Shown: one piece after another, positions 34,728 through 45,033 of the stretch | Layout of the letters: each line of letters opens with the position of its first letter | Numbering within the stretch: position 1 is the first letter of the stretch | Assembly (NCBI GenBank): GCA_010093745.1 | Contig: MU005974.1 | Span: 62,001-126,000, forward strand | Reading direction: 5' to 3' | DNA: 64,000 nucleotides | Origin: Piedraia hortae CBS 480.64 | Taxonomy: Eukaryota | Translations under genes and position numbers: made by a program | The notes under the pieces: model-generated | Database searches by the model: none | Told to the model about the DNA's origin: nothing | The model's input: the letters and a program-made list of their open reading frames with translations, nothing else

Positions 34728-36275
34728 ATGTCATTCGAACCTGCCAGTCCGGCCATGGCCTACCCCGGGTCCCTAGAGAGACCCAACCCAACCCTTCTTC
34801 GATCCCGAGAGTATCCTCAACTTACTCAATGCACCTATCTCGATAACGCCGGAACTACAATTTACGCCCGCTCACTCATTGAGGAGTTCTCGGCAGACCT
34901 CGTCCAAAATCTTTATGGCAACCCCCATTCGGCGTGCGCTCCATCCATGTTTTGCGGACAGCGAGTCGATGCCGTACGCGCTAAGGCTCTCGCATTCTTC
35001 AAAGCTGATCCAGAGCACTTTGACCTGGTCTTTGTTGCAAATGCCACGGCAGCTATCAAGCTGGTTGCCGAGAGCTTGCGCGGATATGCTACGGCGCGCG
35101 GGACTCAGTTGTGGTACGGTTACCACAAGGACGCACACACGTCGCTGGTAGGCATCAGGGAGGTTGTTGACTTGAGCCGCTGTTTTTCCAGCGATGCTGA
35201 GGTTGAAGAGTGGTTGAACAGTCGCGGCCCGCAGCGCCCGCTGCGGCTCTTTGCCTATCCGGGACAGTCGAACATGACTGGTCGCCGGCTGCCGCGGACA
35301 TGGCCGGCCCGGGCCCGTGCCATGCGCTACCCCGCCTACTCCCTGTTGGACGCCGCCGCCCTGGCCAGCACCGCGCAGATCGACCTATCGGATCCCCACA
35401 CTGCCCCGGATTTTACAGCGCTGTCCTTCTACAAGATCTTTGGCTTTCCCAATCTCGGCGCGCTGATTGTGCGCAAAGCGGCCACCCATGCGCTTCATCA
35501 TCGTCGTTACTTTGGCGGGGGCACCGTCGACATGGTCGTCGCAGTCGATGATACCTGGCACGCCCTGAAGGATACGAGCACTCACGATCGTCTCGAAGAC
35601 GGAACGCTACCGTTTCATGCAATTATCGCCCTAGACCACGCCATAAACGTCCACAAACGTCTCTACGGTCCCGAGCCGATGAAATTTGTTTCCGAACATA
35701 CCAGCGATTTGGCACGGCAGACGTACGAGGCGCTGGCGGGGCTGAGACACGCGAATGGTACTCCCGTCTGTCGCATCTATACCGATGCTTCCGCGCGTTA
35801 CGGTGATGCACTGACTCAGGGCGCCACAATTGCTTTCAATATCCGCCGCTCGGATGGTAGCATGATCGGCTACGAGGAAATTGAGCGAGCGGCTAATGCG
35901 CGTAGTGTCTACATTCGCAGTGGTTCGCTTTGTAATCCCGGCGGGGTGGCCACCTACTTGGGATGGACGGCACCACAGATGCGTTCGGCGTACGCGGCTG
36001 GCCACCGATGCTCGAAGCCGCGCCAAATTGTGGCTGGCAAGTCTACCGGAGTCGTTCGCATCAGCTTCGGGGCCATGAACACCATTGAAGATGTGCAGGC
36101 ATTACTCCGATTTATGAACATCTATGTCGATACCGAACCTGCTGATCTTAAGAATACCATGCAGATGAGCGTATTGCGTGTGTCTCATTCACCCCCAAAT
36201 CCGGCACGTAACACCTTTAGCGCCAGACGTTTTGGACGGAGCCTGGCAGACAAATTCAAGCCTTTGAGGTGCTGA
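34728..36275 (+). CDS. Molybdenum cofactor sulfurase-like PLP enzyme (class V aminotransferase domain only, no MOSC domains)
   Basis: YLDNAGTT, LYGNPHS, FAYPGQSNMTG, LLDAAA, SFYKIFGFPNLGALIVR (PLP Lys), LEDGTLPF, RSGSLCNPGG (catalytic Cys) and VRISFG. The ORF stops about 65 aa later. Confidence 0.85.
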   Translation: MSFEPASPAMAYPGSLERPNPTLLRSREYPQLTQCTYLDNAGTTIYARSLIEEFSADLVQNLYGNPHSACAPSMFCGQRVDAVRAKALAFFKADPEHFDLVFVANATAAIKLVAESLRGYATARGTQLWYGYHKDAHTSLVGIREVVDLSRCFSSDAEVEEWLNSRGPQRPLRLFAYPGQSNMTGRRLPRTWPARARAMRYPAYSLLDAAALASTAQIDLSDPHTAPDFTALSFYKIFGFPNLGALIVRKAATHALHHRRYFGGGTVDMVVAVDDTWHALKDTSTHDRLEDGTLPFHAIIALDHAINVHKRLYGPEPMKFVSEHTSDLARQTYEALAGLRHANGTPVCRIYTDASARYGDALTQGATIAFNIRRSDGSMIGYEEIERAANARSVYIRSGSLCNPGGVATYLGWTAPQMRSAYAAGHRCSKPRQIVAGKSTGVVRISFGAMNTIEDVQALLRFMNIYVDTEPADLKNTMQMSVLRVSHSPPNPARNTFSARRFGRSLADKFKPLRC

Positions 36276-37777
36276 TTTTATTAGAGGGCGTTGTGTTATT
36301 GACTCCGAGATACCCTTATGCGTAGAGTACATTTGTAGAAGCTGTACATAGCTCTCTGTGTCAGTCTATCGTCCCTTCCATGTCTCATATTGTTTTGCAT
36401 AGCAAGGGTTCTCCGGACCGTTGCATGTCGTCCAGATCCTTGGGTCCGGGTCTGCGTCATTCGTCCATGTCCCTGTCGAATCCTGCATCACCCGTCTAGA
36501 CCCCTGTCGAACCCTGCGCCATTCGTTCACAATCCCTGTGGCTGATGACGCATGGAACCGTTTGTCCACCCTTTCAGTGCATACCCCACAGGGCCGAACT
36601 TCTCCGTTACTCAATCTCAACGGTTTCATGCCAAATTTCGCAACATGTTGAACAAAACAAGGCCCTGGCATGCCCTTTTACGTGAACATACGTTCATGCA
36701 CTCCAAAAACCACCTAGCTGAGTTCTGGTGCGGAATGCCGGAAGGGGCTCGTTCCTGATGGATAACGGACATGCGTGCGTCATCTGCATTAGTTCACGCA
36801 CTGTCATGAGAAGGTTCGCCATTGTTCTCTCTTCTCGTTTCCAGGCAGAAAAACTTGTTTCGTACAATATTCGAGTGGGCGATCTTCTCGGAACCTCGTC
36901 CGAAGAATTCGTTTTGCTTTTTTAAGAAGCGTGCGCGTCTCTCGGACAGTATGACTGCTCCGCTATTCTTAGATCCCGAGAGGGTATCATGCCCGCGTCC
37001 AGTCTAGTCGATGCGAAAGAGTTTACTCTAGAAATAACATGTGGACTCTGGCAAGGTCGTGAGATTTTGCATTGCCAAAGTTACCTATGCAAAATTTTCA
37101 TTCGCAATCCGCCCTGCCACATCGAGCTTGGTCATGTGTTTCTATCGTTTCATTGCAGTCCTGGATAGTCAATCACACAGAGCACCTCTGCAAGCACGAG
37201 ATACGTATCAGAGATGATTATAGAACACGACAGTACGATTGATCATCAAAACTTGTTTCAATGGTTGAGCCCAACTCCATAAAGATCCTAGCCATCAATT
37301 CAGCCTTCTAGACCACCGAACTTGAACCAATCTCATCGGACCGAGTATTCGAAAATCAAGTATCACGAGCCTTAACTACTCAAATCCCTATTCCCCATCC
37401 CTACCTCACCTTAAAACGTATGATCATGTGCAACGACTACGTAGTCTAAGGCCCCAGCCCTCCAACAACATTTCAGCCCATCAAGACTCGTGAAACATCA
37501 CCCCACCTCCCTCTTTGTTCAAGGCTTCCCTTGTTGTACCCGCAAGCAACAAAACCAAACCCCTGAACCTGCTTGAATAAACCCATCCCTCACCCCATAG
37601 TCTCTCCACATAGATGACAGTCCCACCAGCCTTCCATTCAACTAATCACATGACCCTACCAATCATCTAACAGATATATACCCCCAGTACCGTGTTCGAT
37701 AATCGTTAGAACGCAAAATCAAACCTCCAACGGTTTGAATTGCAGTGAACCATATTGCGGTTTTATTCAGCATTGAA

Positions 37778-37903
37778 ATGGACGTACTAAATATGATCTG
37801 CGAAGGATGTGGTGCGGATTCGCCGAATGTTGTGGTTGACCCGAAGACGGGGGAGGTGAAGTGTGGTTCTTGTGGATCTGTCCTGAGGGGTGTTGAGGCT
37901 TGA
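37778..37903 (+). CDS. Putative 41-aa stand-alone TFIIB-type zinc-ribbon microprotein (or TFIIB paralog remnant)
   Basis: MDVLNMICEGCGADSPNVVVDPKTGEVKCGSCGSVLRGVEA*, with C-x2-C-x17-C-x2-C. ATG in gaaATGg context; TATATA at 37675; GTAAGT donor at 37906. Too short for the ORF track. Confidence 0.6.
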   Translation: MDVLNMICEGCGADSPNVVVDPKTGEVKCGSCGSVLRGVEA

Positions 37904-38244
37904 TGGTAAGTTGAGAGGATAGCGGATGAAAAGGTTGGTAATGGACTGATGAGTTTCGGTAGATTGACAGTTGAAGGCAGAGATTGGGTCTTGAGGGGTG
38001 TGATGGTGTGGTGGATTGGCTTTTCTGATCGGTGGTGGGATATGGGAAGGACCGCGAGCGTGATCAAGACTATGACCGACACATCCAAGGAGTGCTCCGA
38101 GAAAAGCAGGGTTGTGATGACAACTGTCCTCAAGGGCTATGGCTAGATCGCATGGCATCTCACCTCGGCTCTAATCAGGTAGAAATGCAACTCCCGTGAT
38201 CGTTAAACGTTCCTTGACATTATACAACACATGATACACTTTGC

Positions 38245-38945
38245 CTACCTCTTTCTGCTATCACTTCCCGCGAGAAAGCTGGCAAGATCAAAGTTCTGGA
38301 ACGCAGCAGCGCCCTGCGAATTCAAGGGATTGCTCCTCTGCATCTCCTCCAACTCTGCCTTCGACTCGGGGTCCACTGCAAATCATCAGTTATACCTTCT
38401 TCTTAACAGATACCAATTTCAAACTTACGATTCTCCATCATATAAGGCACGCCGATGATGAATGCCAAGCTGACTAGTCCCATTAGGATCATCGGACTCA
38501 TGAGAAATCCCACCAGACTGAAGGCACCCCGCGGTTCGTAGAAATCTTTCTGCAGGCTAGGCTGGACGGCAAAAGATAGCTCCCCTCGGCCGCTGCCATA
38601 CAATATGCCCTTGTGATTCCATTCGTTCCCGCGAAAAGTCTGCCAGACTTGGATTTCATCCGCGTTGCCCTCGGTCGGGGCGGTCACGTCCACCCGCAGA
38701 GGCGGGAAAAAGTAGTCTCTACTGTAGATGGTCAAAAGGTAGTTTGTGGGTGAAAGTTCGGAGAAGGTGAATGTGTTGTTAAGCTGAAGGGCGGCATCGC
38801 GAGCTACGCCAGGAGGTCCGAGAAGGACTGCGTGACTAGTGGACGCAAGACTCGCCGGATCAGCGAGGATAGAAGAGGCGGATATCGAGACTGATATTCG
38901 GGCAGCCGCTGCGCTTGTTGCCAGCAAGAAAAAGGAGCACTTCAT
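38245..38945 (-). CDS. EMC7: ER membrane protein complex subunit 7 (DUF2012-type)
   Basis: Signal peptide MKCSFFLLA, FPPLRVDV, QTFRGNEW, FYEPRGAFS...SPMILM transmembrane segment. Intron 38376-38428 leads to LDPESKAELEEMQ...FDLASFLAG*. Confidence 0.85.
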
Positions 38946-39094
38946 GGTGGTCGCAATGTGACGAGGTTCAGAAGAAGCGTACAAAAACGGAAGTCTACGT
39001 AATAACTGACATCAAACTAATCCAATAACTGGAATTAAATCTCCGGCAAAGTTCTTCATGCCCAAATTCACCTAAATCGAGTCTCACCACTCAT

Positions 39095-40250
39095 CTATGC
39101 ACGGGTGATTGTTCGTCGTGCCTTGACAGTCATGTCATAGAGCACATCCTTGAATGCGAACAAGAATGCAGCCGTCAAGACGGATTGCGTAACCTTTGGG
39201 CCGATACCTTTATCACGTCAGTCGGAATTGACGATTCATGGGAAAAGTTGGACTTACCACCATAAAGGCCACCAACACCTTCCTCACTGACAATCCTCCG
39301 GAGACTGGCAATGATGCCTTCCTTGTCTCCACTGCCCGTGGCGACATGCGCCCTCGACTTGACGGTGATATAAGGATAAGTGATGGTTGTTGCGGCCAGC
39401 TTCCCTAGAGCACCCAAGAGGAAGCTGTCGGTCGCCGTCATCTTGCGACGCTTCTCAACTACCTGCTTTAGTTTCTCAAAGATGGTATACTGAAGGATTG
39501 GGTTGATGACAAGCACCAAAGCAGGAAGAACACCCGCAAATAACCTCATGAATCCATCCTCATTGACGATCTTCATGAAGGTAGAGATAGTGCTCGGAGC
39601 CTTTTGAGGTTTGCCGTCACCCGACGGAGATTCTGAGTTCTCAGACTTACGAGCGGTCATGCGGGTGTTGACCACCCAAATGGGGTTCGTTATGAGGACC
39701 GTGGCGCTCCCCGCCAGAGCCCCAGCAGCCATTGACTCAACTGTGCTCAGAGCAGTCTTGTTGGTCGTTCGCTGGAAGAATGCGCGAGAGAACTCGTACC
39801 CTTAAACTACTGTTAGTTTCCCCTTGCGCTTGAAACATTGACTGACAATAGTAATAGACAAAATTGGTCACCGTAATGCCAAACAGAGCACTTTCCATGC
39901 CGGCGTAAAGACCAAGATAACCCTCACGGTCAATGATGCGTTTGGCAGCATCGAGCGTGCTGGTGGCGGCCTTCTTCTTCTCCACCTGGGCTCGCGTGGA
40001 CAAGGTGATCAGCGGATAACTGGTCGTTAGTCAAGCTTCAATTCAAATGTGTCAAAGAAACTCACGTCAGCGCCATGCTGAGAAGTCCACCCCCTGCTCC
40101 AGCCAGAGCATGCGCGACATTGTCGCTTTGCTGAGCAGCCACTGCATGTGCTGTTGAAGACCCTGAAGGTACATTTTTGGCCTGTGCTGCCGGGGCAGTC
40201 GAGGAAGGCAGGGGGTTTGACGGAGTCGGTGCAGCTGCGCGATCAGACAT
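39095..40250 (-). CDS. Peroxisomal solute carrier of the mitochondrial-carrier family (PMP47/PMP34-like)
   Basis: Four exons. HALAGAGGGLLSMALTYPLITLSTRAQV, TNPIWVVNTR and TYPYITVKSR carrier motifs; ends GIGPKVTQSVLTAAFLFAFKD...RA*. Confidence 0.88.
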
Positions 40251-40425
40251 GGTGAGAGACTGGATGGAACACGGGCTTGTACGGAGATATGAACTCTCTT
40301 CATATTCATATGGACGCGACCTACCTCGGCTCGGTATGCACGTGATATGACGCCTGTTTTGATACGCTATCCAAATGCGGAAATATCCAACGTCAGGTCG
40401 GTGACTTACGGGTGTCTCCGGGCCC

Positions 40426-42249
40426 ATGTATAGACCGCATGAACCTGGAGTCGGTGGTGGACAACGGCATACTCTTCCTACGACGGCATCCTCGTCTTAC
40501 ATGCCAAATTCGTTTTCTTCTATGTTTTCAACACCACAAAATCAGCGTTCCACGAGCTCCAGTGGAGCTGCTAATTCGAGGAGTCTGCCTAGGAAAGATG
40601 TCTCGGCCGAAACAATTACGGATGCCTACGTTCAGTTTATGCTATTTTGTAACCCCCAATTTCCTCTGGATGTCGACACCGAATTGCTACGAACAACCTT
40701 TAACAGCCCGCCCAGAAGCAATGATAAGCACTTTGACACTTACCGCCTTTTTGAACTGATTCGCAAATTTGAGGCAAAGGAAATCAAGACATGGGGCCAA
40801 CTAGCGCTGGATCTTGGAGTTGAAGCTCCCGACCTCAGCAAAGGTCAGAGCGCGCAAAAGGTGCAGCAGTACAGCGTGCGCCTCAAACGTTGGATGCGTG
40901 CAATGCATATTGACGCATTTTTTGAATACCTTCTGGGCAAACAAAACCCCTATTTTACCAATGTATCTTCCACTGATGCATCTTTGCAAGTCGGGAGAAG
41001 TGGTGTACCTCCAGAGGAAGACTTGGCACTTCGAGCTCTTGACCCGTCTTTTCGGCCTAAACGAGGTAGGCGGCGGAACTCCGAAGTCAACCAAGATGCC
41101 AATAATGAAGGCCCATCGTCCATAGAGGGAGGAGCGGAGGAAGGTTTCGCGTACTCTGAATCCCCGGCCAATCCGCCCCCAGATCAGTACAATGACCCTT
41201 GGTCTCTCACTCCCCAGACCTATTCCTGGGCGAATCGTCAAGCTCCGCAGTCAACTACCCCTGCCGCAGCCCCATCGTCTCTAATGTGGTCACATGGCGC
41301 ATCACCGCACCCTATCTCTGCCCAGCCGTCATCAATGGTCTCTCAACTAGAAGCGGCATTGGACGCAAATGAAGTTAGAAGTACAGTGCGCAAAAGGCGA
41401 AAACATGGTCCAGCTGTATCTAGTGCATGGCCTTCTTCAGCTGCTCCAGGCACGAAACCCAGGGGGCGTCCACCGGCAAACCGTAACCCAATGAGTCCAT
41501 CCGCTACCTCTGCATTGCCTCAGTCAACAACCACGCCACCGCTAGATCAACCCAGCCCTCAAACTGCGGTTTCTGGATATCAAAGCCCAGCCAAGCGCAC
41601 AAAGCTCTCTCTTCAGGTTCCTCTACATCAGGGACCAGTGGTCCGTTTAGCCACACCGCCCTCCGTTTATGTCAATGGCACGTCGCACGAATCACTCGAA
41701 GATCCCCCATTTCCACTCGAAACGTTGAAGAAGGCTTTGACAAGTGACCTCTTGCGAGCTGAAGTAGAGGGGAGAGGCCGGCTAAACGAGACGGAAGCCA
41801 AACGTCTTTCAGAGGCTATAATACATCGCCTCAACCTACACGAGAATAACACTGCTCGGATAACCGCTGCCTCATGGCTGGGACTAGGTGGACATCTTCA
41901 CATACCTACCGGTACAGCCTCGAGCATAGGTCGTAACAAAAAGATCAAAGTCAACTCTAATGGCGAAACGACCTATCATATATCCTGGACCGCCGTCCTA
42001 GGGGGATGTGAAGGGCAATTTGAACTCTTGCATCTGACCCTTGCGGAGCCATCTCCAAAAGAAGACGAGTACGATGCCCGTATAAGAGCATTAACTGGTG
42101 CTAGAGTTCCTGAGGATGGCGAAGATGATGAGAATGTGGACTGGAAGTCCAAATACAAAGTTCTGGACCTCGAGGTTCGTTTAGCTGTAGGTGAGCTACA
42201 GCGTTTAAAGGGCCAAGTCATTGACAAGGTCTTGGACGTTTTGCTCTGA
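40426..42249 (+). CDS. ARS-binding protein 2 (Abp2)-like DNA-binding protein
   Basis: DAYVQFMLFCNP...IKTWGQLALDLGVEAP...QKVQQYSVRLKRWMRAMHIDAFFEYL domain; AT-hook-like KPRGRP and RPKRGRR. Confidence 0.8.
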   Translation: MYRPHEPGVGGGQRHTLPTTASSSYMPNSFSSMFSTPQNQRSTSSSGAANSRSLPRKDVSAETITDAYVQFMLFCNPQFPLDVDTELLRTTFNSPPRSNDKHFDTYRLFELIRKFEAKEIKTWGQLALDLGVEAPDLSKGQSAQKVQQYSVRLKRWMRAMHIDAFFEYLLGKQNPYFTNVSSTDASLQVGRSGVPPEEDLALRALDPSFRPKRGRRRNSEVNQDANNEGPSSIEGGAEEGFAYSESPANPPPDQYNDPWSLTPQTYSWANRQAPQSTTPAAAPSSLMWSHGASPHPISAQPSSMVSQLEAALDANEVRSTVRKRRKHGPAVSSAWPSSAAPGTKPRGRPPANRNPMSPSATSALPQSTTTPPLDQPSPQTAVSGYQSPAKRTKLSLQVPLHQGPVVRLATPPSVYVNGTSHESLEDPPFPLETLKKALTSDLLRAEVEGRGRLNETEAKRLSEAIIHRLNLHENNTARITAASWLGLGGHLHIPTGTASSIGRNKKIKVNSNGETTYHISWTAVLGGCEGQFELLHLTLAEPSPKEDEYDARIRALTGARVPEDGEDDENVDWKSKYKVLDLEVRLAVGELQRLKGQVIDKVLDVLL

Positions 42250-42710
42250 CCAGACGGAAGAGCCTTATTAACTGCTATGCGCAAAAACAATGCATTTCCA
42301 GGATTAGTGGCAGGAAAATGCCTCAATCTACGAAATCTGCCTGCACCGTCAATTGTCACGAATGCTCTACGAAGGTAAAATGATGTAAACGGGAAACGGG
42401 ATGATGAGATCAGATGCTCAAGGGCGTGTGACCTTTGTATAATTAAACGTGTAATGAGAATGTGCGAGTTATAGCCTCTTGGCAACAGGAGCAGATGGAG
42501 ATTGCCCAGATCAGAACCTTTGGACACACGGTGGAAGAGTTTTGCGCCTCGCGTTTTATAGTTGACATGTGATGGGCGGCCCCTCCCGCTCCCCGCATCC
42601 GGGAACGACGCCACGCTAAGCAATCAGCCGAGAAAGGTTAACCTCGCGCCTCAAAACTCGCTCAAGCGACACAAAGACTGCATCCATGGAGCGATAGAGC
42701 ATTCTAAAAA

Positions 42711-44219
42711 ATGTCCGACGAGCATCCGCGCCGTCGCTCTTCCTCCACCCATCCGGCCCCTACGTTTGCCAAGTTTCCCGACCTCACCCACGAGCAATTG
42801 CACACACCGTTCGAGGAATATGAAGACGCACCGCCACTTCCAAATGGCATACCGACCCTACATTCAAGTGAGCGATGGCCGGTGCGGAAAAGTCGGCATG
42901 GGGGAGGGGCAGGTCGAGGGCGGCAGAAGAGCCTTAGCGAGGCCATCCATACCGTACGCAATCGGCAAGCAAGCATCACAGAGAATGCACATGAGATTGC
43001 CGAGTCTTTAAAAGCTCCCGTTAGCATACGACTGGTGGTGAGTACTTTGAATTCGTAGGAAATGTGATGCTAATTGTAGATTCTCTGCTGTTTGTGGTTC
43101 GCCTCGTCCATTTTGACGAACACGTCTTCCAAAGCCATCCTTACTGCGCTTCCCCGGCCAGTAACTCTTACAATTGTGCAGTTTTTGCTGGTTTCATTCT
43201 GGTGCCTCTTTTTATCAGCCATCGCCAAGCATAATCGAAGCTTTCGCGAGGCTATGCCGGTCCTCAAGAATGGCATTCGGAAACCTAGTCGCGAAATTAT
43301 TCTCGTCACATTGCCGCTCACTGCCTTCCAGATCGGGGGTCATATCCTCAATTCGGACGCCATGGCCCGCATTCCTGTCTCTTTAGTACACACAATCAAA
43401 GGCCTATCACCGCTCATGACCGTTTTCGCCTACCGAGCCTTCTTCGACATTCAATACTCCCTCCCAACCTACCTGTCCCTGATTCCGCTTACGCTTGGCG
43501 TGGTAATGGCATGTTCTGCTTCATTCGCGGGCAACCTAATCGGGTTAGCCTACGCTTTTGGCTCAGCCATCCTATTCGTAACCCAAAACATTGTGAGCAA
43601 GTCCATTTTCAACGACGCAGCACAAGCCGAAGCGGACGGTGCACCAATCCAACGAAGAAAACCAGACAAAATCAACCTCCTCTGCTACTCCTCAGTCTTG
43701 GCTTTCCTCTTCACTCTACCCATATGGCTATGGAGCGAAGGCCTAGCCATGGCAGCAGACTATCTCCAAGATGCATCCATCACACTCACCAACCGTCCTG
43801 GGTCCTTAGACCACGGCCGCCTAGCGCTCGAATTCCTCTTCAACGGAACCTTCCACTTTGCGCAATCCCTCCTCGCATTCGTTCTACTCGGCATGGTGTC
43901 GCCCGTAACATACAGCGTTGCGAGCCTGATCAAACGCGTTGTCGTCATCATGTTCGCCATCGTCTGGTTCGGCAGCCCGATGACGACCGTTCAAGGCTTT
44001 GGATTCCTTCTCACGTTCCTAGGTCTTTACCTCTACGATCGCACGGTTGAGCGCAAGCCAACAAAACGTCGCATAGATCCCCTACTTCCTCTCACAACTG
44101 GGGAGAAGATCCCTATAGATGGCACCCTGCCGCCAGGTACAAAAGCGCAGGAAACATGGAGTTCGCAGGATAGACATCTTTCTGTACCACAACATTTACC
44201 GGCCTCGGGGACTGGTTGA
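42711..44219 (+). CDS. Triose-phosphate/nucleotide-sugar transporter family protein, Sly41-like
   Basis: Intron 43038-43079; PVTLTIVQF, PVSLVHTIKGLSPL and SPVTYSVASLIKRVVVI motifs of the TPT family. Confidence 0.85.
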
Positions 44220-45033
44220 GGAGTTCTTTTTTCGGTTGTTTTCATTCTGACATATGTAAACAGACTAGCATGGACATGCGTGTTATGACATATCTTTTTA
44301 GCATGGCAACGAATGTCAAGTTCTATGTATTGTGGCTCATTTCTGTCGCTTTAGCTGGTCACAGGGATGAAAGCTTCACGTTAACCCACAAAGTGCGAAC
44401 TTTCTGACTTAGTGGGCTAAGCCTTGCTTCCAATTGTCCGTGGCTTGGAAAGCCTTTTAGAATCCTCGCAAAACACATGCAGTTCCGTCGATTGTCGAGC
44501 TACACGACAGTGCAGCGTTATCGTAAAAGTCTTTCCCTAAAGCTTTACAAGCTAGTAAACCCACACACAGCCATCTCATAACTGTAAATTTTGATATAAA
44601 ATTCCCCTGGGGCAGAGTGCGGTCCGGGTCGTCCCGGACATTGGGTAGCCTTGGCGCTCAATTCTTTCACCCCACTTCCTTGCCGTTCCTAGTCACGGAA
44701 CCACACACACTATTGACCGCTTTCACCTTTCACCAGATCGAAATGATGTGAGTAGATTCCTCCCCCCGTTCGATTATCATTCCCTATCTCCCTGTGTCTC
44801 AATGAGATGAAAGCCAAATGAAACCGGTTGTTTTGAGATAGGTATCTCTCTCCTCGTGTCCAAGTGACTGCTGGAATGTTTTGAGACGGGATCGTGGTCT
44901 TCATGCTCTAGGGTTGGTTGCGTGCATACATGCAAGCCACTTTTACCCCACTTAATCGGACCTCAGCGTCGTACGCAACTCTAGAGACAGATAGTTTCCC
45001 TTCATCTTTCTCTAATCATTCCTAAACTTTGCC

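Noticed and set aside
36343..36350. Puf3 element TGTACATA in the 3' UTR of the sulfurase-like gene
   Set aside because: A single 8-mer is expected by chance in 64 kb; no supporting evidence.
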